Shown: piece by piece, positions 1 through 7,814 of the stretch
How the letters are laid out: each line of letters begins with the position of its first letter
Numbering within the stretch: the stretch's first letter is position 1
NCBI GenBank assembly: GCA_001823505.1
Contig: MHUS01000016.1
Coordinates: 4,555 to 38,238 of the forward strand
Origin: Candidatus Yonathbacteria bacterium RIFCSPHIGHO2_01_FULL_51_10
GTDB taxonomy: Bacteria; Patescibacteriota; Minisyncoccia; Phycocordibacterales; UBA1539_B
DNA length: 33,684 bases
Reading direction: 5' to 3'
Position numbers and translations under genes: made by a program
Notes under the pieces: model-generated
What the model saw: only the letters and a program-made list of their open reading frames with translations
Databases searched by the model: none
Told to the model about the DNA's origin: nothing

Positions 1-936
1 CTCAGGCGCCGTCCAGCCGTCCTTGATCGTCCACCCGCGCGTCTCGTCTTCTCCCGTAGTGAAGTACGTGATGAGCCCCAGAAGCTCGTAACTTTTTTTG
101 ATGAGTTCGTCAACGCCGTTGCCGCCTTCTGCACCGAGTTCTTTTTTGAACGCGTCGCGCTCGGCACCTTCAAATCCCTGAAGCTCCTGCTCGATCTTCG
201 CATCAATGATAACGTAGCGCGCATTCGTTTCTTTCATGAGCGCGATGAGCTTAGTAAATCGCTCGTCTCCGCCATCCGGCAGACTCTCATCCAAATTCTT
301 CCCACCCGCTTTTTTGTTAAGCGCGTAGAGGATCGGCTTCTTGGTGAGAAGATGCAGCCCCTTGACGATCTTTTCTTCTTCCGTGGTCAGCGCCACCGAC
401 GAGGCAAGCTTGCCCGCCTCAAGCGCAGGCAAGATCTTTGATATCGCTTCCTTCTCCGCAAGGGCCGCTTTGTCGCCCCGCTTCGCGTCACGCTCGACAT
501 TCGCCAACCGCTTCGTCGCTGTCTGCATGTCGGCCAAGATAAGCTCCAGGTTGATCGTCTCAATGTCAGAGATGGGGTTTACTTTGCCATCCACATGGAT
601 CACGTTGTCGTCCTCAAAAATGCGCACGACCTCAAGGATCGCGTCCGTCTCACGGATATTGGCAAGAAATTTGTTCCCCAGACCTTCCCCTTCCGAGGCG
701 CCCTTGACCAGCCCGGCAATATCCACGAATTCCACTGCGGCGGGGATCTTTTTTGCCGACTTGGAAAGCACCGCGAGTTTGTCCAAGCGATCATCCGGCA
801 CCGCAACGACACCCACCGAAGGGTCAATGGTGCAGAACGGATAATTCTCCGCCGGCACCGCCTTTTCGGTAAGCGCGTTAAACAACGTGGATTTGCCCAC
901 GTTCGGAAGGCCGACGATGCCGATGGAGAGTGCCAT
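1..936 (-). CDS. ychF: Ribosome-binding ATPase YchF (Obg family), 3' end runs off the window
   Basis: Not in the ORF track. Manual translation from the ATG at 936 gives MALSIGIVGLPNVGKSTLFNALT...NYPFCTIDP...EFVDIAGLVKGASEGEGLGNKFL...LGLITYFTTGEDETRGWTI, which are the canonical YchF motifs. Confidence 0.97.
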   Translation of the reverse strand, partial: MALSIGIVGLPNVGKSTLFNALTEKAVPAENYPFCTIDPSVGVVAVPDDRLDKLAVLSKSAKKIPAAVEFVDIAGLVKGASEGEGLGNKFLANIRETDAILEVVRIFEDDNVIHVDGKVNPISDIETINLELILADMQTATKRLANVERDAKRGDKAALAEKEAISKILPALEAGKLASSVALTTEEEKIVKGLHLLTKKPILYALNKKAGGKNLDESLPDGGDERFTKLIALMKETNARYVIIDAKIEQELQGFEGAERDAFKKELGAEGGNGVDELIKKSYELLGLITYFTTGEDETRGWTIKDGWTAPE

Positions 937-948
937 ACTTGTTATTTT

Positions 949-1173
949 CTACCCATTGAGCGCTTTGAGCTCTGCCGCATGCGCCTGCATAACTGCCATC
1001 ATGGCCTGCTCTTGACCCATGCCGGCCTTTATCTTTGCTTGCGCCTCTTCGGCGATCTTCTGAAAGAGCGCGGGGTTCTTTTGCACGAGGTTAATCACCT
1101 GATCGATCTGCTCATCGCTCACTCCCGGCATCTTGGACTTGATCATCTTCTTTATGAGAAATTCTTTTATCAT
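949..1173 (-). CDS. Small helical hypothetical protein (74 aa)
   Basis: Clean ORF packed 12 nt upstream of ychF on the same strand, with amphipathic-helix composition. Confidence 0.75.
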   Translation of the reverse strand: MIKEFLIKKMIKSKMPGVSDEQIDQVINLVQKNPALFQKIAEEAQAKIKAGMGQEQAMMAVMQAHAAELKALNG

Positions 1174-1237
1174 GAATTATGAACATTTACTTCGTAATGC
1201 CCGAGAGTGTACCAGAAAACCGCTCTACCGACAAACG

Positions 1238-2266
1238 CTAAGAAACTTCAATAATAGTCGGTGCAGACAAGCTCTCATTAACGTAGGGCTGAAAGGTATC
1301 CGTGAAATCAACCATGGTCGGGGTTACGGTTTTTACGGCGCCATTCTCAAACACGACCGAGAGCATCAAGCCGTGGTGAGTATCGGCGGAAAAATTCTGG
1401 TCAAACACAAAGTTGCCCAGACTGTACGCAATGTACCCACCGTGGTACTGCTCCACCTCCTCAACCACATGGGGGTGATGTCCGATCACGAGCGCAGCCC
1501 CGGCATCGATCGTCTGGTGCGCGATGTCCTCCTGCCACGCATTGTGCGCTGTTTTGTATTCCTCTCCCCAGTGATACGAAACGATCACCACATCGGCGGC
1601 TTGTTTTGCCGCGGCGATATCCTGCTTGACCGCCTCAATATCAAGAAACGCTACTGCGGGATGGGCATCGACCGTCGTAACTCCCCGTGGGATCAGGTTC
1701 GTGTACCCAAGAAAGGCAAAGCGTGTACCGTTCACCGTGCGGATCACCGGCGTGTGGGCACCGGCATGATCCATCCCGCCACCGGCATGGCCGATACCTA
1801 CACTATCAAGAAGTGCAAGGGTGTCCGTATACGCATCCCCGCCATAATCCCACGCATGATTGTTGGCGGTCGACACCACGTCAAAGTCCGCGTTCTTTAG
1901 ACCCTGTACGGCCTGCGGATCAGCACGAAAAGAATAGATGCTCCCCATGTTGGTCCCACGGTCTGAAATGGGACTCTCAAGATTGGCAAAGGCAAGATCT
2001 GCGGTGCGGATCTGTTCTGTTATCAATGCGAATGGATAATCAACATCCTCACGCTTGTGCATAATGTTGCCGATACCACGCGAAAGCATAATATCCCCCA
2101 CAAAAAGGAGTGAGGCGGTCGCGGGCAAGCCCTCGGAGGTAGTGACAATGGCTGTCTGTGCCGGAGCTACTGAAAAGACAGCACGATTGATATTAGGGTC
2201 AATAATGGTCAGTGCCAGCGTCAAGAAACTGACCACGGCAACACAGGACATAAGTAAATATTTCAT
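1238..2266 (-). CDS. CapA/PGA_cap family metallophosphoesterase with N-terminal membrane anchor
   Basis: Motifs VGDIML, NLESP, ANNHAWDYG, HWGEEY, GHHPHV and YSLGNFVFDQ, plus a hydrophobic N-terminus. Confidence 0.93.
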   Translation of the reverse strand: MKYLLMSCVAVVSFLTLALTIIDPNINRAVFSVAPAQTAIVTTSEGLPATASLLFVGDIMLSRGIGNIMHKREDVDYPFALITEQIRTADLAFANLESPISDRGTNMGSIYSFRADPQAVQGLKNADFDVVSTANNHAWDYGGDAYTDTLALLDSVGIGHAGGGMDHAGAHTPVIRTVNGTRFAFLGYTNLIPRGVTTVDAHPAVAFLDIEAVKQDIAAAKQAADVVIVSYHWGEEYKTAHNAWQEDIAHQTIDAGAALVIGHHPHVVEEVEQYHGGYIAYSLGNFVFDQNFSADTHHGLMLSVVFENGAVKTVTPTMVDFTDTFQPYVNESLSAPTIIEVS

Positions 2267-2319
2267 GGAGTAGAAGACTTAAAAATACTGTAGCAAAAAG
2301 GCCCCAACGGGGCAAATGT

Positions 2320-2347
2320 AAAGCCCGCAACTTTCGTTGCGGGCTTT
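2320..2347. terminator. Intrinsic terminator-like hairpin
   Basis: AAAGCCCGCAAC-TTTC-GTTGCGGGCTTT, a perfect 12-bp stem downstream of the 311-aa gene. Confidence 0.8.
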
Positions 2348-2396
2348 GTAAAAGAATTCATGTACTTCATGTGAGAGCTATGCGCCTCTCACCGCG

Positions 2397-3332
2397 CTAA
2401 CCATCCGGCTCCGGAAGATGCAGGATATCTTCTCGGGTGATGCCGGTACCCTCGAACATTTTGATGCACACGAGGAGCGCTCGTTTCACCTCTTTGAGCG
2501 GCACACCTTCGGCATAGTCGGGACAGTCAGGGAACCTGATAATGGGTCCGTTCTTGTCGTACCCGGCGATATCAAGATCAAACGTTCTCCCTTTGATGTC
2601 ATAGGGCCACTTTTTGGTAACCATTGAGCCCAGGAGCTTATCAAGAGTGACACCGAGTCTTTCGGCGTAATCCATCATCTCTGCAGATCCGCTAAGCTTG
2701 CGCGCCAGCCCATCTTTACGGCCAGCGAAGTACCAGCGCAACAGAAACGCGGCGACGAGCACCATGTACAACACAAATAGCACTATCCGCTCTGAGCGCA
2801 ACCCACTTACCTCTTTTTTCGATGCGGCGATAGCCCTTTCCGCTTGTGCCGCCTGCGCTTGTTCAAGTGTAAAATGAAGCTGCAGAGACACAACTTTTTG
2901 CTCTGCGATTTCGACTCGTTTCCTGAGGTCTTCATTTTCATGAACCAGCGCGTCGGCGTTCAGCTGAAGGCCTTTCAGTTGCTCTAAAACCTGGGGCGGT
3001 ACCGTATCAGCAGGTTTTGTCGGTGACAAAATTGCGGTTGATACAACAACGTTGCAGGGAACTCGCAACTCCAGGCCGGCTGGCAGCACCTCAAACTCCC
3101 CCTTGGTGCAATTGCGGAAATGTTTTCCGTTCATTGCGCAGGTCGCTTTTTTGTATGCCGCAAACGAAAGTATCTTGTCGCTCTTGTTCCAGCAATTCCA
3201 GACGTAATGCCCACGGTTGATGGTGCACGTTCCGTTGGGTGAAGTGACTGCAGTTGTCGGTTTCTCAGCGGCGAATGCCGACGAGACCAACCCAATCAAA
3301 AGTACCAACAGCAAGAGAATTCTGGCTCTCAT
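2397..3332 (-). CDS. Orphan membrane-anchored protein: signal peptide, Cys-rich LysM-like segment, coiled coil, TM helix, cytoplasmic domain
   Basis: Signal peptide ending AFA|AE, SD AAAGGAGG upstream, heptad-like region ADALVHENEDLRKRVEIAEQKVVSL, and TM IVLFVLYMVLVAAFLL. Confidence 0.75.
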   Translation of the reverse strand: MRARILLLLVLLIGLVSSAFAAEKPTTAVTSPNGTCTINRGHYVWNCWNKSDKILSFAAYKKATCAMNGKHFRNCTKGEFEVLPAGLELRVPCNVVVSTAILSPTKPADTVPPQVLEQLKGLQLNADALVHENEDLRKRVEIAEQKVVSLQLHFTLEQAQAAQAERAIAASKKEVSGLRSERIVLFVLYMVLVAAFLLRWYFAGRKDGLARKLSGSAEMMDYAERLGVTLDKLLGSMVTKKWPYDIKGRTFDLDIAGYDKNGPIIRFPDCPDYAEGVPLKEVKRALLVCIKMFEGTGITREDILHLPEPDG

Positions 3333-3475
3333 GGTTATTCCTCCTTTGCTCTGAAGTAACTGAATTTTAAAAAGGGCAGAAATTAGTGTTTTCTGTCGTT
3401 GTAATACACCATAAATACAAAAATGTCAAGGCCTCCCGAGACGGCGCGAGTTGCATACCATCTTTTTTATTTCTT

Positions 3476-3546
3476 TCGGGCTGCCGGGAATCGAACCCGG
3501 CCTACATCCACCCCATGGACGCGTACTGCCGATATACTACAGCCCG
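3476..3546 (-). tRNA. tRNA-Pro(GGG), CCA not encoded
   Basis: Reverse complement folds to a cloverleaf: CGGGCTG/CAGCCCG acceptor, anticodon loop ATGGGGT, T-loop TTCGATT, discriminator A. Confidence 0.93.
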
Positions 3547-3579
3547 GCCTTTACTTCACGCGACTTCACTTAACGCCTT

Positions 3580-3650
3580 TCGGGCCGCCGGGAATCGAAC
3601 CCGGTCTATACGCACCCGAAGCGTATGTACTACCGGTATACTACGGCCCG
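3580..3650 (-). tRNA. tRNA-Pro(CGG), CCA not encoded
   Basis: CGGGCCG/CGGCCCG acceptor, TACGC-TTCGGGT-GCGTA anticodon arm, TTCGATT T-loop. Confidence 0.94.
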
Positions 3651-3702
3651 TCTTTCACAAAGACCGAGATACTTTAGCACAAAGCGAGCGTTTCAAAAAG
3701 CC

Positions 3703-4470
3703 TTACGACTTCTGTCGGTGTGCTTGTTGCACATCACGCGCGGCTTTACGGTATTCGCAGTAATCACACTCCGCTCCCACCGCGGGGATCTCTTTGCTCT
3801 CAAGGCACGCTTTGATGTCTTTAAGTGTCCCCTCCACCCACGAGTCATCACCCTTGTGTGCGATGAGTGTCACCTCAAACTCAAGCTTGCCGTCGAACGC
3901 CTTGCGGTCTTTTGTCGCATTTGCATATACGAAATATCCCGTGGGAGAAACCTCAAATCCTTTTCTGCGCAAAAGCCACTGATATATTTCCATCTGCCGT
4001 TTATAACCATCGTGCCAGTCTTGATCAAGCGCGTTGATCTCCTCATCTTTGCTCGTCGCTTTGTAGTCCACAACAATAAGCTCACCGGCAGGATTCACCC
4101 ACACGTCGTCCACCGCGCCAGAGACGGTGAAGCCAGTCGGCTTGTGACTGTGCTCAATTCCCTTGAAGTTCTCACGCCACACGTCGAGGTCATCGTGTGC
4201 GAACGGCACCGCATCTACGCCATACTGCTTCATCAGCGGATGCGCGGTCTTGCCCGCGCGGTGGATATCAAATTCTTTCTTGAGCAAGTGGTCAACGGCG
4301 CTGTTTAAGTTGAAGGGGAATCCGGGCGGACGCGCAGTGCCCAACTTGTTGTCAATATAAAAACACCGCGGACACTGCACGAAGAGGTCTATCTTCGAGC
4401 GGGAGAGCCGCCACTTCGGCCCACCATAATTCCAATCAGTCTTGCGATGCGGTTTGTAGAATGAGGACAT
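3703..4470 (-). CDS. PD-(D/E)XK nuclease superfamily protein (RecB/AddB/Cas4-like), Cys-ligated metal site
   Basis: LSRSKI..CPRC at the N-terminus, GAVDDVW...VVDYKAT catalytic motifs, QMEIY motif, C-terminal CDYC. Confidence 0.88.
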   Translation of the reverse strand: MSSFYKPHRKTDWNYGGPKWRLSRSKIDLFVQCPRCFYIDNKLGTARPPGFPFNLNSAVDHLLKKEFDIHRAGKTAHPLMKQYGVDAVPFAHDDLDVWRENFKGIEHSHKPTGFTVSGAVDDVWVNPAGELIVVDYKATSKDEEINALDQDWHDGYKRQMEIYQWLLRRKGFEVSPTGYFVYANATKDRKAFDGKLEFEVTLIAHKGDDSWVEGTLKDIKACLESKEIPAVGAECDYCEYRKAARDVQQAHRQKS

Positions 4471-4474
4471 AATA

Positions 4475-5188
4475 TTAGTGTACCGTATCTCCTCGTTTCT
4501 CGCCAGAAAATTCTGCTTGCCGTGTATTTATAAACAAAAACTCCCCCAGCACGAAATAGTTGGGGGAGAAATGAAGAGAGTTGCGAACGCCCGCAAACCA
4601 CCAGTCGTCGCGCCAGACGTGGCCGCTACGGTCGACGTACACGAGGCGCTCGCCGTCCCAGCGTCGGAAGGCGGCGAAGCACCACTTGCCATCACCATCT
4701 TTCCATTGACTGCCATTTGGATGGTCGTCCGCAAAAGCAGGGTCGGCTTCGTTGATGGCTGCTTCTGCGTATAGATCTGGCTTGAGCCCCAGCGACTCAT
4801 ATTTCTTCGCGAGATCATCGTTGCTGATCGTACAACTTTCTTTGAAGAGATACACGTCGACTTCTTCGCCTTCGCCTCGTGGCATGCTGTCCACAACCTT
4901 GCGGTCCGTGTACTGCTTGCGGCCAGTGGCGTCCAGGACTTCCTGTGGTGAGCGGATGCGGTTCACCCGAACACGGCGCACGATCATACCGCTGACCGCC
5001 TCGACACGCTTACGAAGCACCGCCACCTGTTCGGCCACGTATTCCGGTTGGCCGAGGACATGTTGCACGATATTGGAACCGAGTTCTCCGCGGTGTTTGC
5101 GCAGTAAGGCGCGATAGATGTCGACAGCCTTGTCGATTTGACCGTCAGTCATGGGTAGTACTACGGATGGGGTCACGACGTTCGTCAT
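4475..5188 (-). CDS. Putative DGR target protein with C-terminal variable-repeat-like region
   Basis: Start reassigned to 5188 (SD AAAGGAG). The C-terminal segment WCFAAFRRWDGERLVYVDRSGHVWRDDWWFAGVR is encoded by NNC-biased, A-poor codons. Confidence 0.7.
   Translation of the reverse strand: MTNVVTPSVVLPMTDGQIDKAVDIYRALLRKHRGELGSNIVQHVLGQPEYVAEQVAVLRKRVEAVSGMIVRRVRVNRIRSPQEVLDATGRKQYTDRKVVDSMPRGEGEEVDVYLFKESCTISNDDLAKKYESLGLKPDLYAEAAINEADPAFADDHPNGSQWKDGDGKWCFAAFRRWDGERLVYVDRSGHVWRDDWWFAGVRNSLHFSPNYFVLGEFLFINTRQAEFSGEKRGDTVH
4531..4568 (-). terminator. GC-rich hairpin with U-tract just 3' of the VR-like segment (terminator and/or DGR target hairpin)
   Basis: Minus strand CTCCCCCAAC-TATTTCGT-GCTGGGGGAG then TTTTTGTTTA; it lies inside the last codons of the ORF. 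Confidence 0.65.
4583..4678 (-). repeat. Candidate DGR variable repeat (VR); template repeat not in window
   Basis: 21 of 32 codons end in C, there are only 9 A in 96 nt and no AAC codon. The invariant-looking 3' end TGGTGGTTTGCGGGCGTTCGC is followed by a GC hairpin. Confidence 0.62.
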
Positions 5189-5248
5189 GGCGTCATCTCC
5201 TTTTGTAATGTGCTTCCGGGGATCTGCCGGACCAGTTATACTGATTAT

Positions 5249-5277
5249 AATATACACCTTTGTGCTCTTTTTGTCAA
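5249..5277 (-). promoter_or_regulatory. Sigma70-type promoter for the DGR-target-like gene
   Basis: TTGACA-17 nt-TATATT on the minus strand, about 60 nt upstream of ATG 5188. Confidence 0.7.
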
Positions 5278-5311
5278 TAGCATGCGGAAATATGGATTTA
5301 CTTTCAAAATC

Positions 5312-6022
5312 CTACACATTCACATAATCTCGCCAGTATTCGTAGAGCTGTTTGGTGGCGCGGAGGTCGCCCGTGTTGTAGCGCGCGATGTCCAAGAACT
5401 TTTTCTCAGCGAAAAGGCGGCCGACGTCATCGCCCGTGACACCCTCTGCTTTGGGGCTCTCGATGCCGAGTGCACGGCACCACAGGTGCAAACTCCCCCT
5501 GCGGCGCATGGCACCATAGAATGAAAGCTGATCAAGCAGATCGATGTGCCGCGCACCCGCGCGCTGACTTGAGAGGTAGCGATTGGTGAGTAGATTTTTC
5601 GTCGGGCGAATATGATGCACCGCCGAGCGCACCATAAGAAACGGCACATCAAACCCGCGCCCGTTGAAACTCACGAATTCTTGATAGTGCTTCACTCCTT
5701 CCCAAAAATGGATGAGCATCTCTTCCTCGGTCATCTGCTTAAAGGTGACATCGTCTTCTTCACGGTCGGCGAATTTTTCACCTGGTGCCTGATAGTACAC
5801 CACCGTCTTGTTGCGGTCATAATCAAGCACGCCGATCGCCGCGATCTCGCCGGTGAGGGGAGAAAAGCCGAGGCGCGTTTTTAAGTCCTTGAGCTCCGCT
5901 TCATACTCAGCCTCACTCCCCGCCTCGCGACGCATCCAGTGGGTCAGTGCATCCTGCGTCGTAGGATCAAGCGAGTCAAAGTCCTCACCGATCGTTTCAA
6001 TATCAAAAATAAGGGTTGCCAT
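5312..6022 (-). CDS. DEDDy 3'-5' exonuclease, RNase H-like fold (PolB-exonuclease-like standalone protein)
   Basis: ExoI FDIET, ExoII FNGRGFDVPFL, HIDL and ExoIII YNTGDL motifs. Confidence 0.9.
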   Translation of the reverse strand: MATLIFDIETIGEDFDSLDPTTQDALTHWMRREAGSEAEYEAELKDLKTRLGFSPLTGEIAAIGVLDYDRNKTVVYYQAPGEKFADREEDDVTFKQMTEEEMLIHFWEGVKHYQEFVSFNGRGFDVPFLMVRSAVHHIRPTKNLLTNRYLSSQRAGARHIDLLDQLSFYGAMRRRGSLHLWCRALGIESPKAEGVTGDDVGRLFAEKKFLDIARYNTGDLRATKQLYEYWRDYVNV

Positions 6023-6050
6023 GAGATACGTGTAGTATACGCCGACCTAC

Positions 6051-6083
6051 AAAAAAGTGCACCACCCTTGTGGGTGGTGCACT
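6051..6083 (-). terminator. Intrinsic terminator
   Basis: AGTGCACCACCC-ACAA-GGGTGGTGCACT followed by a T-run on the minus strand. Confidence 0.85.
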
Positions 6084-6103
6084 GCCATAGGGGGTATTCC
6101 TGA

Positions 6104-6577
6104 CTAGAAGTGCCCTGTGTTTTCGTACACGAGAGCACCACGAGCACGAGATTTCTTTTTCTCAGGAGAGATGCAGGATATTTCGTCCCCCGTCCAAACC
6201 GAGAAGCCTGCGGGAGAAGTCACCTTTGCGCCCCGTGGAGCAATGACCGTTCCGTCGCGTTTAACTTGCACATCCCGCTTTTCGCTATCAGGTACGACCA
6301 CTTGGTGTGTCTCGAGCAAAACGCGGGGAATGTTTTCCTCGGGGACCCCTTCCATCAAAAGCTGCTGCTCCATTTTTGACATCTCGCTTTCGGCCTCAGG
6401 TAGCGTCGTCGCATTTGTGTAATGTGTCCAGTACTTGCCTCCGAAACGAAAAAACACCGCTGGGGAATCTTTGATAAAATACATGCAGTTTTTATCAACT
6501 TCCCGATACTCACGTCCTTTCGCGGTGATAGAGATCAAAAGCATTGCTGCAACACACATACTATGCGCGATTTTCAT
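6104..6577 (-). CDS. Orphan secreted protein (157 aa)
   Basis: Start reassigned to MKIAHSMCVAAMLLISITAKG (signal-peptide-like) after SD AAAGGGGGAG; it has its own terminator. Confidence 0.65.
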   Translation of the reverse strand: MKIAHSMCVAAMLLISITAKGREYREVDKNCMYFIKDSPAVFFRFGGKYWTHYTNATTLPEAESEMSKMEQQLLMEGVPEENIPRVLLETHQVVVPDSEKRDVQVKRDGTVIAPRGAKVTSPAGFSVWTGDEISCISPEKKKSRARGALVYENTGHF

Positions 6578-6627
6578 GGCTCCCCCTTTTGAGATTGATG
6601 AATTGGTGATGTGCTGTAACTTCTTGC

Positions 6628-6656
6628 ACCATACTACACTGTCAAAATTTTTGCAA
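6628..6656 (-). promoter_or_regulatory. Possible sigma70 promoter
   Basis: TTGCAA-17 nt-TATGGT upstream of ATG 6577. Confidence 0.45.
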
Positions 6657-6690
6657 AAAAAAATGCCCCCGTTCGTAAGAACAGGGGCAT
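6655..6690 (-). terminator. Intrinsic terminator
   Basis: ATGCCCCTGTTC-TTAC-GAACGGGGGCAT followed by a long T-run on the minus strand. Confidence 0.85.
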
Positions 6691-6711
6691 CAAACCGGCC
6701 GACCCTCAGGG

Positions 6712-7662
6712 TCAATCCTGCCCGGTAACGGAGAGCATCGCTCCTTCGATCGCACCGGGCGCGCACATGATGTTCATGAACGTACCGCCGGTGGGGTTGG
6801 CCATCATGGGCAGACCAAGGTAGGCGATGGCGATGCGGAAGCGTGCGTAGAGCGCCTCCACATTCTTTCCTGTCACCAGGATTTCATACGGCGCGTAACC
6901 CGTGTTGTGGACAGGACCCATGTCTACGGCTTTCATGGTGGTCTCGTCGCCGCTGCAACCATTCGTCATCGCCACACCGAACACCGTTTCGTCCGTACCC
7001 GGGATGTCGATGCGGTAGACCTGACTGGTGCCGCCCGCATGCGCAGCAAGTCCTGCTTCAACGGCTTTTACCGCTTCTTCATGGCTGTCATGTTCGCCGA
7101 GGTCGCTTGGGTCGTCAAAGTATTCCATCATCACAGTGTAGTGATAACCCTTGAGTGCGTCAGCGGAGATACCGTCCTTGAAGCCATAAAAAGAACCGTA
7201 CTCTTCCTTGGCCCCCAGCGTTGCCGCGAGCTTGGATTTCACCGCTGAAACATCCGCCGACACGCGGTATGCCGCTGCCCAGTAGACCGGGTTGGTAAAA
7301 GCCACCTGGATCTGAGCATCTGCCGGGTTGAACGCAGCGCCTTTGCCATTGCCATACTGCTTGGTGACGGTAACGCGCATGCCGGCCAAATAACCACCAC
7401 GCTTCGATGAAGCTGCTGCTTTCTTGAGCTCGTCATTGGTGACGACCAGGATATTCGAACCCTCGAAAGGAGAATAGCTGCCGACGACTTCAAAACCGGC
7501 GCCGGTCAGCTTGGCCTTTACTTCATCGGTGACCTTGGCGACATCGCCCGGGCCACTTGAGGCGAGCACGTAGGGCTTGAGGAGATCCCCCGCCCAGGTG
7601 TTCGCCCCAACCAGCATCAGAAACGCGGCGCAAGCCGCAATAACCATTTTTGTAACGTTCAT
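6712..7662 (-). CDS. Secreted/periplasmic-type hypothetical protein, possibly DUF302/TT1751-like fold
   Basis: Signal peptide ending TWA|GD, SD AGGAGG, GC3-rich codon usage. The fold call is recalled resemblance only. Confidence 0.75.
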   Translation of the reverse strand: MNVTKMVIAACAAFLMLVGANTWAGDLLKPYVLASSGPGDVAKVTDEVKAKLTGAGFEVVGSYSPFEGSNILVVTNDELKKAAASSKRGGYLAGMRVTVTKQYGNGKGAAFNPADAQIQVAFTNPVYWAAAYRVSADVSAVKSKLAATLGAKEEYGSFYGFKDGISADALKGYHYTVMMEYFDDPSDLGEHDSHEEAVKAVEAGLAAHAGGTSQVYRIDIPGTDETVFGVAMTNGCSGDETTMKAVDMGPVHNTGYAPYEILVTGKNVEALYARFRIAIAYLGLPMMANPTGGTFMNIMCAPGAIEGAMLSVTGQD

Positions 7663-7731
7663 ACCATCCTCCTAATTTCCCCGAAATGGGGGGGTTTATG
7701 ATGGCTCCGCAGTCGCGGATTCCAAGGCAGA

Positions 7732-7759
7732 ACACTACTATATTCTGTAAAAATGTCAA
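7732..7759 (-). promoter_or_regulatory. Possible sigma70 promoter
   Basis: TTGACA-16 nt-TAGTGT upstream of ATG 7662. Confidence 0.45.
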
Positions 7760-7781
7760 TGTTTTTGCAGGTCACTGAACC

Positions 7782-7812
7782 CAACTACCAGACGTCCGAC
7801 GTCTGGTAGTTG
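7782..7812. repeat. Perfect 15-bp inverted repeat with 1-nt centre
   Basis: CAACTACCAGACGTC-C-GACGTCTGGTAGTTG. Confidence 0.9.
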
Positions 7813-7814
7813 AG

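Noticed and set aside
341..1900. Plus-strand ORFs of 167, 195 and 255 aa
   Set aside because: Antisense to ychF and the CapA-family gene, which carry the clear motifs.
1238..2266. Poly-gamma-glutamate capsule locus
   Set aside because: No capB/capC in the window; standalone CapA-family phosphoesterases are widespread.
3386..3763. Plus-strand ORFs across 3386-3763
   Set aside because: They are antisense readings of the two tRNA-Pro genes.
3703..4470. Cas4 of a CRISPR system
   Set aside because: No cas1/cas2 or array nearby, and the Cys pattern differs from the Cas4 Fe-S staple.
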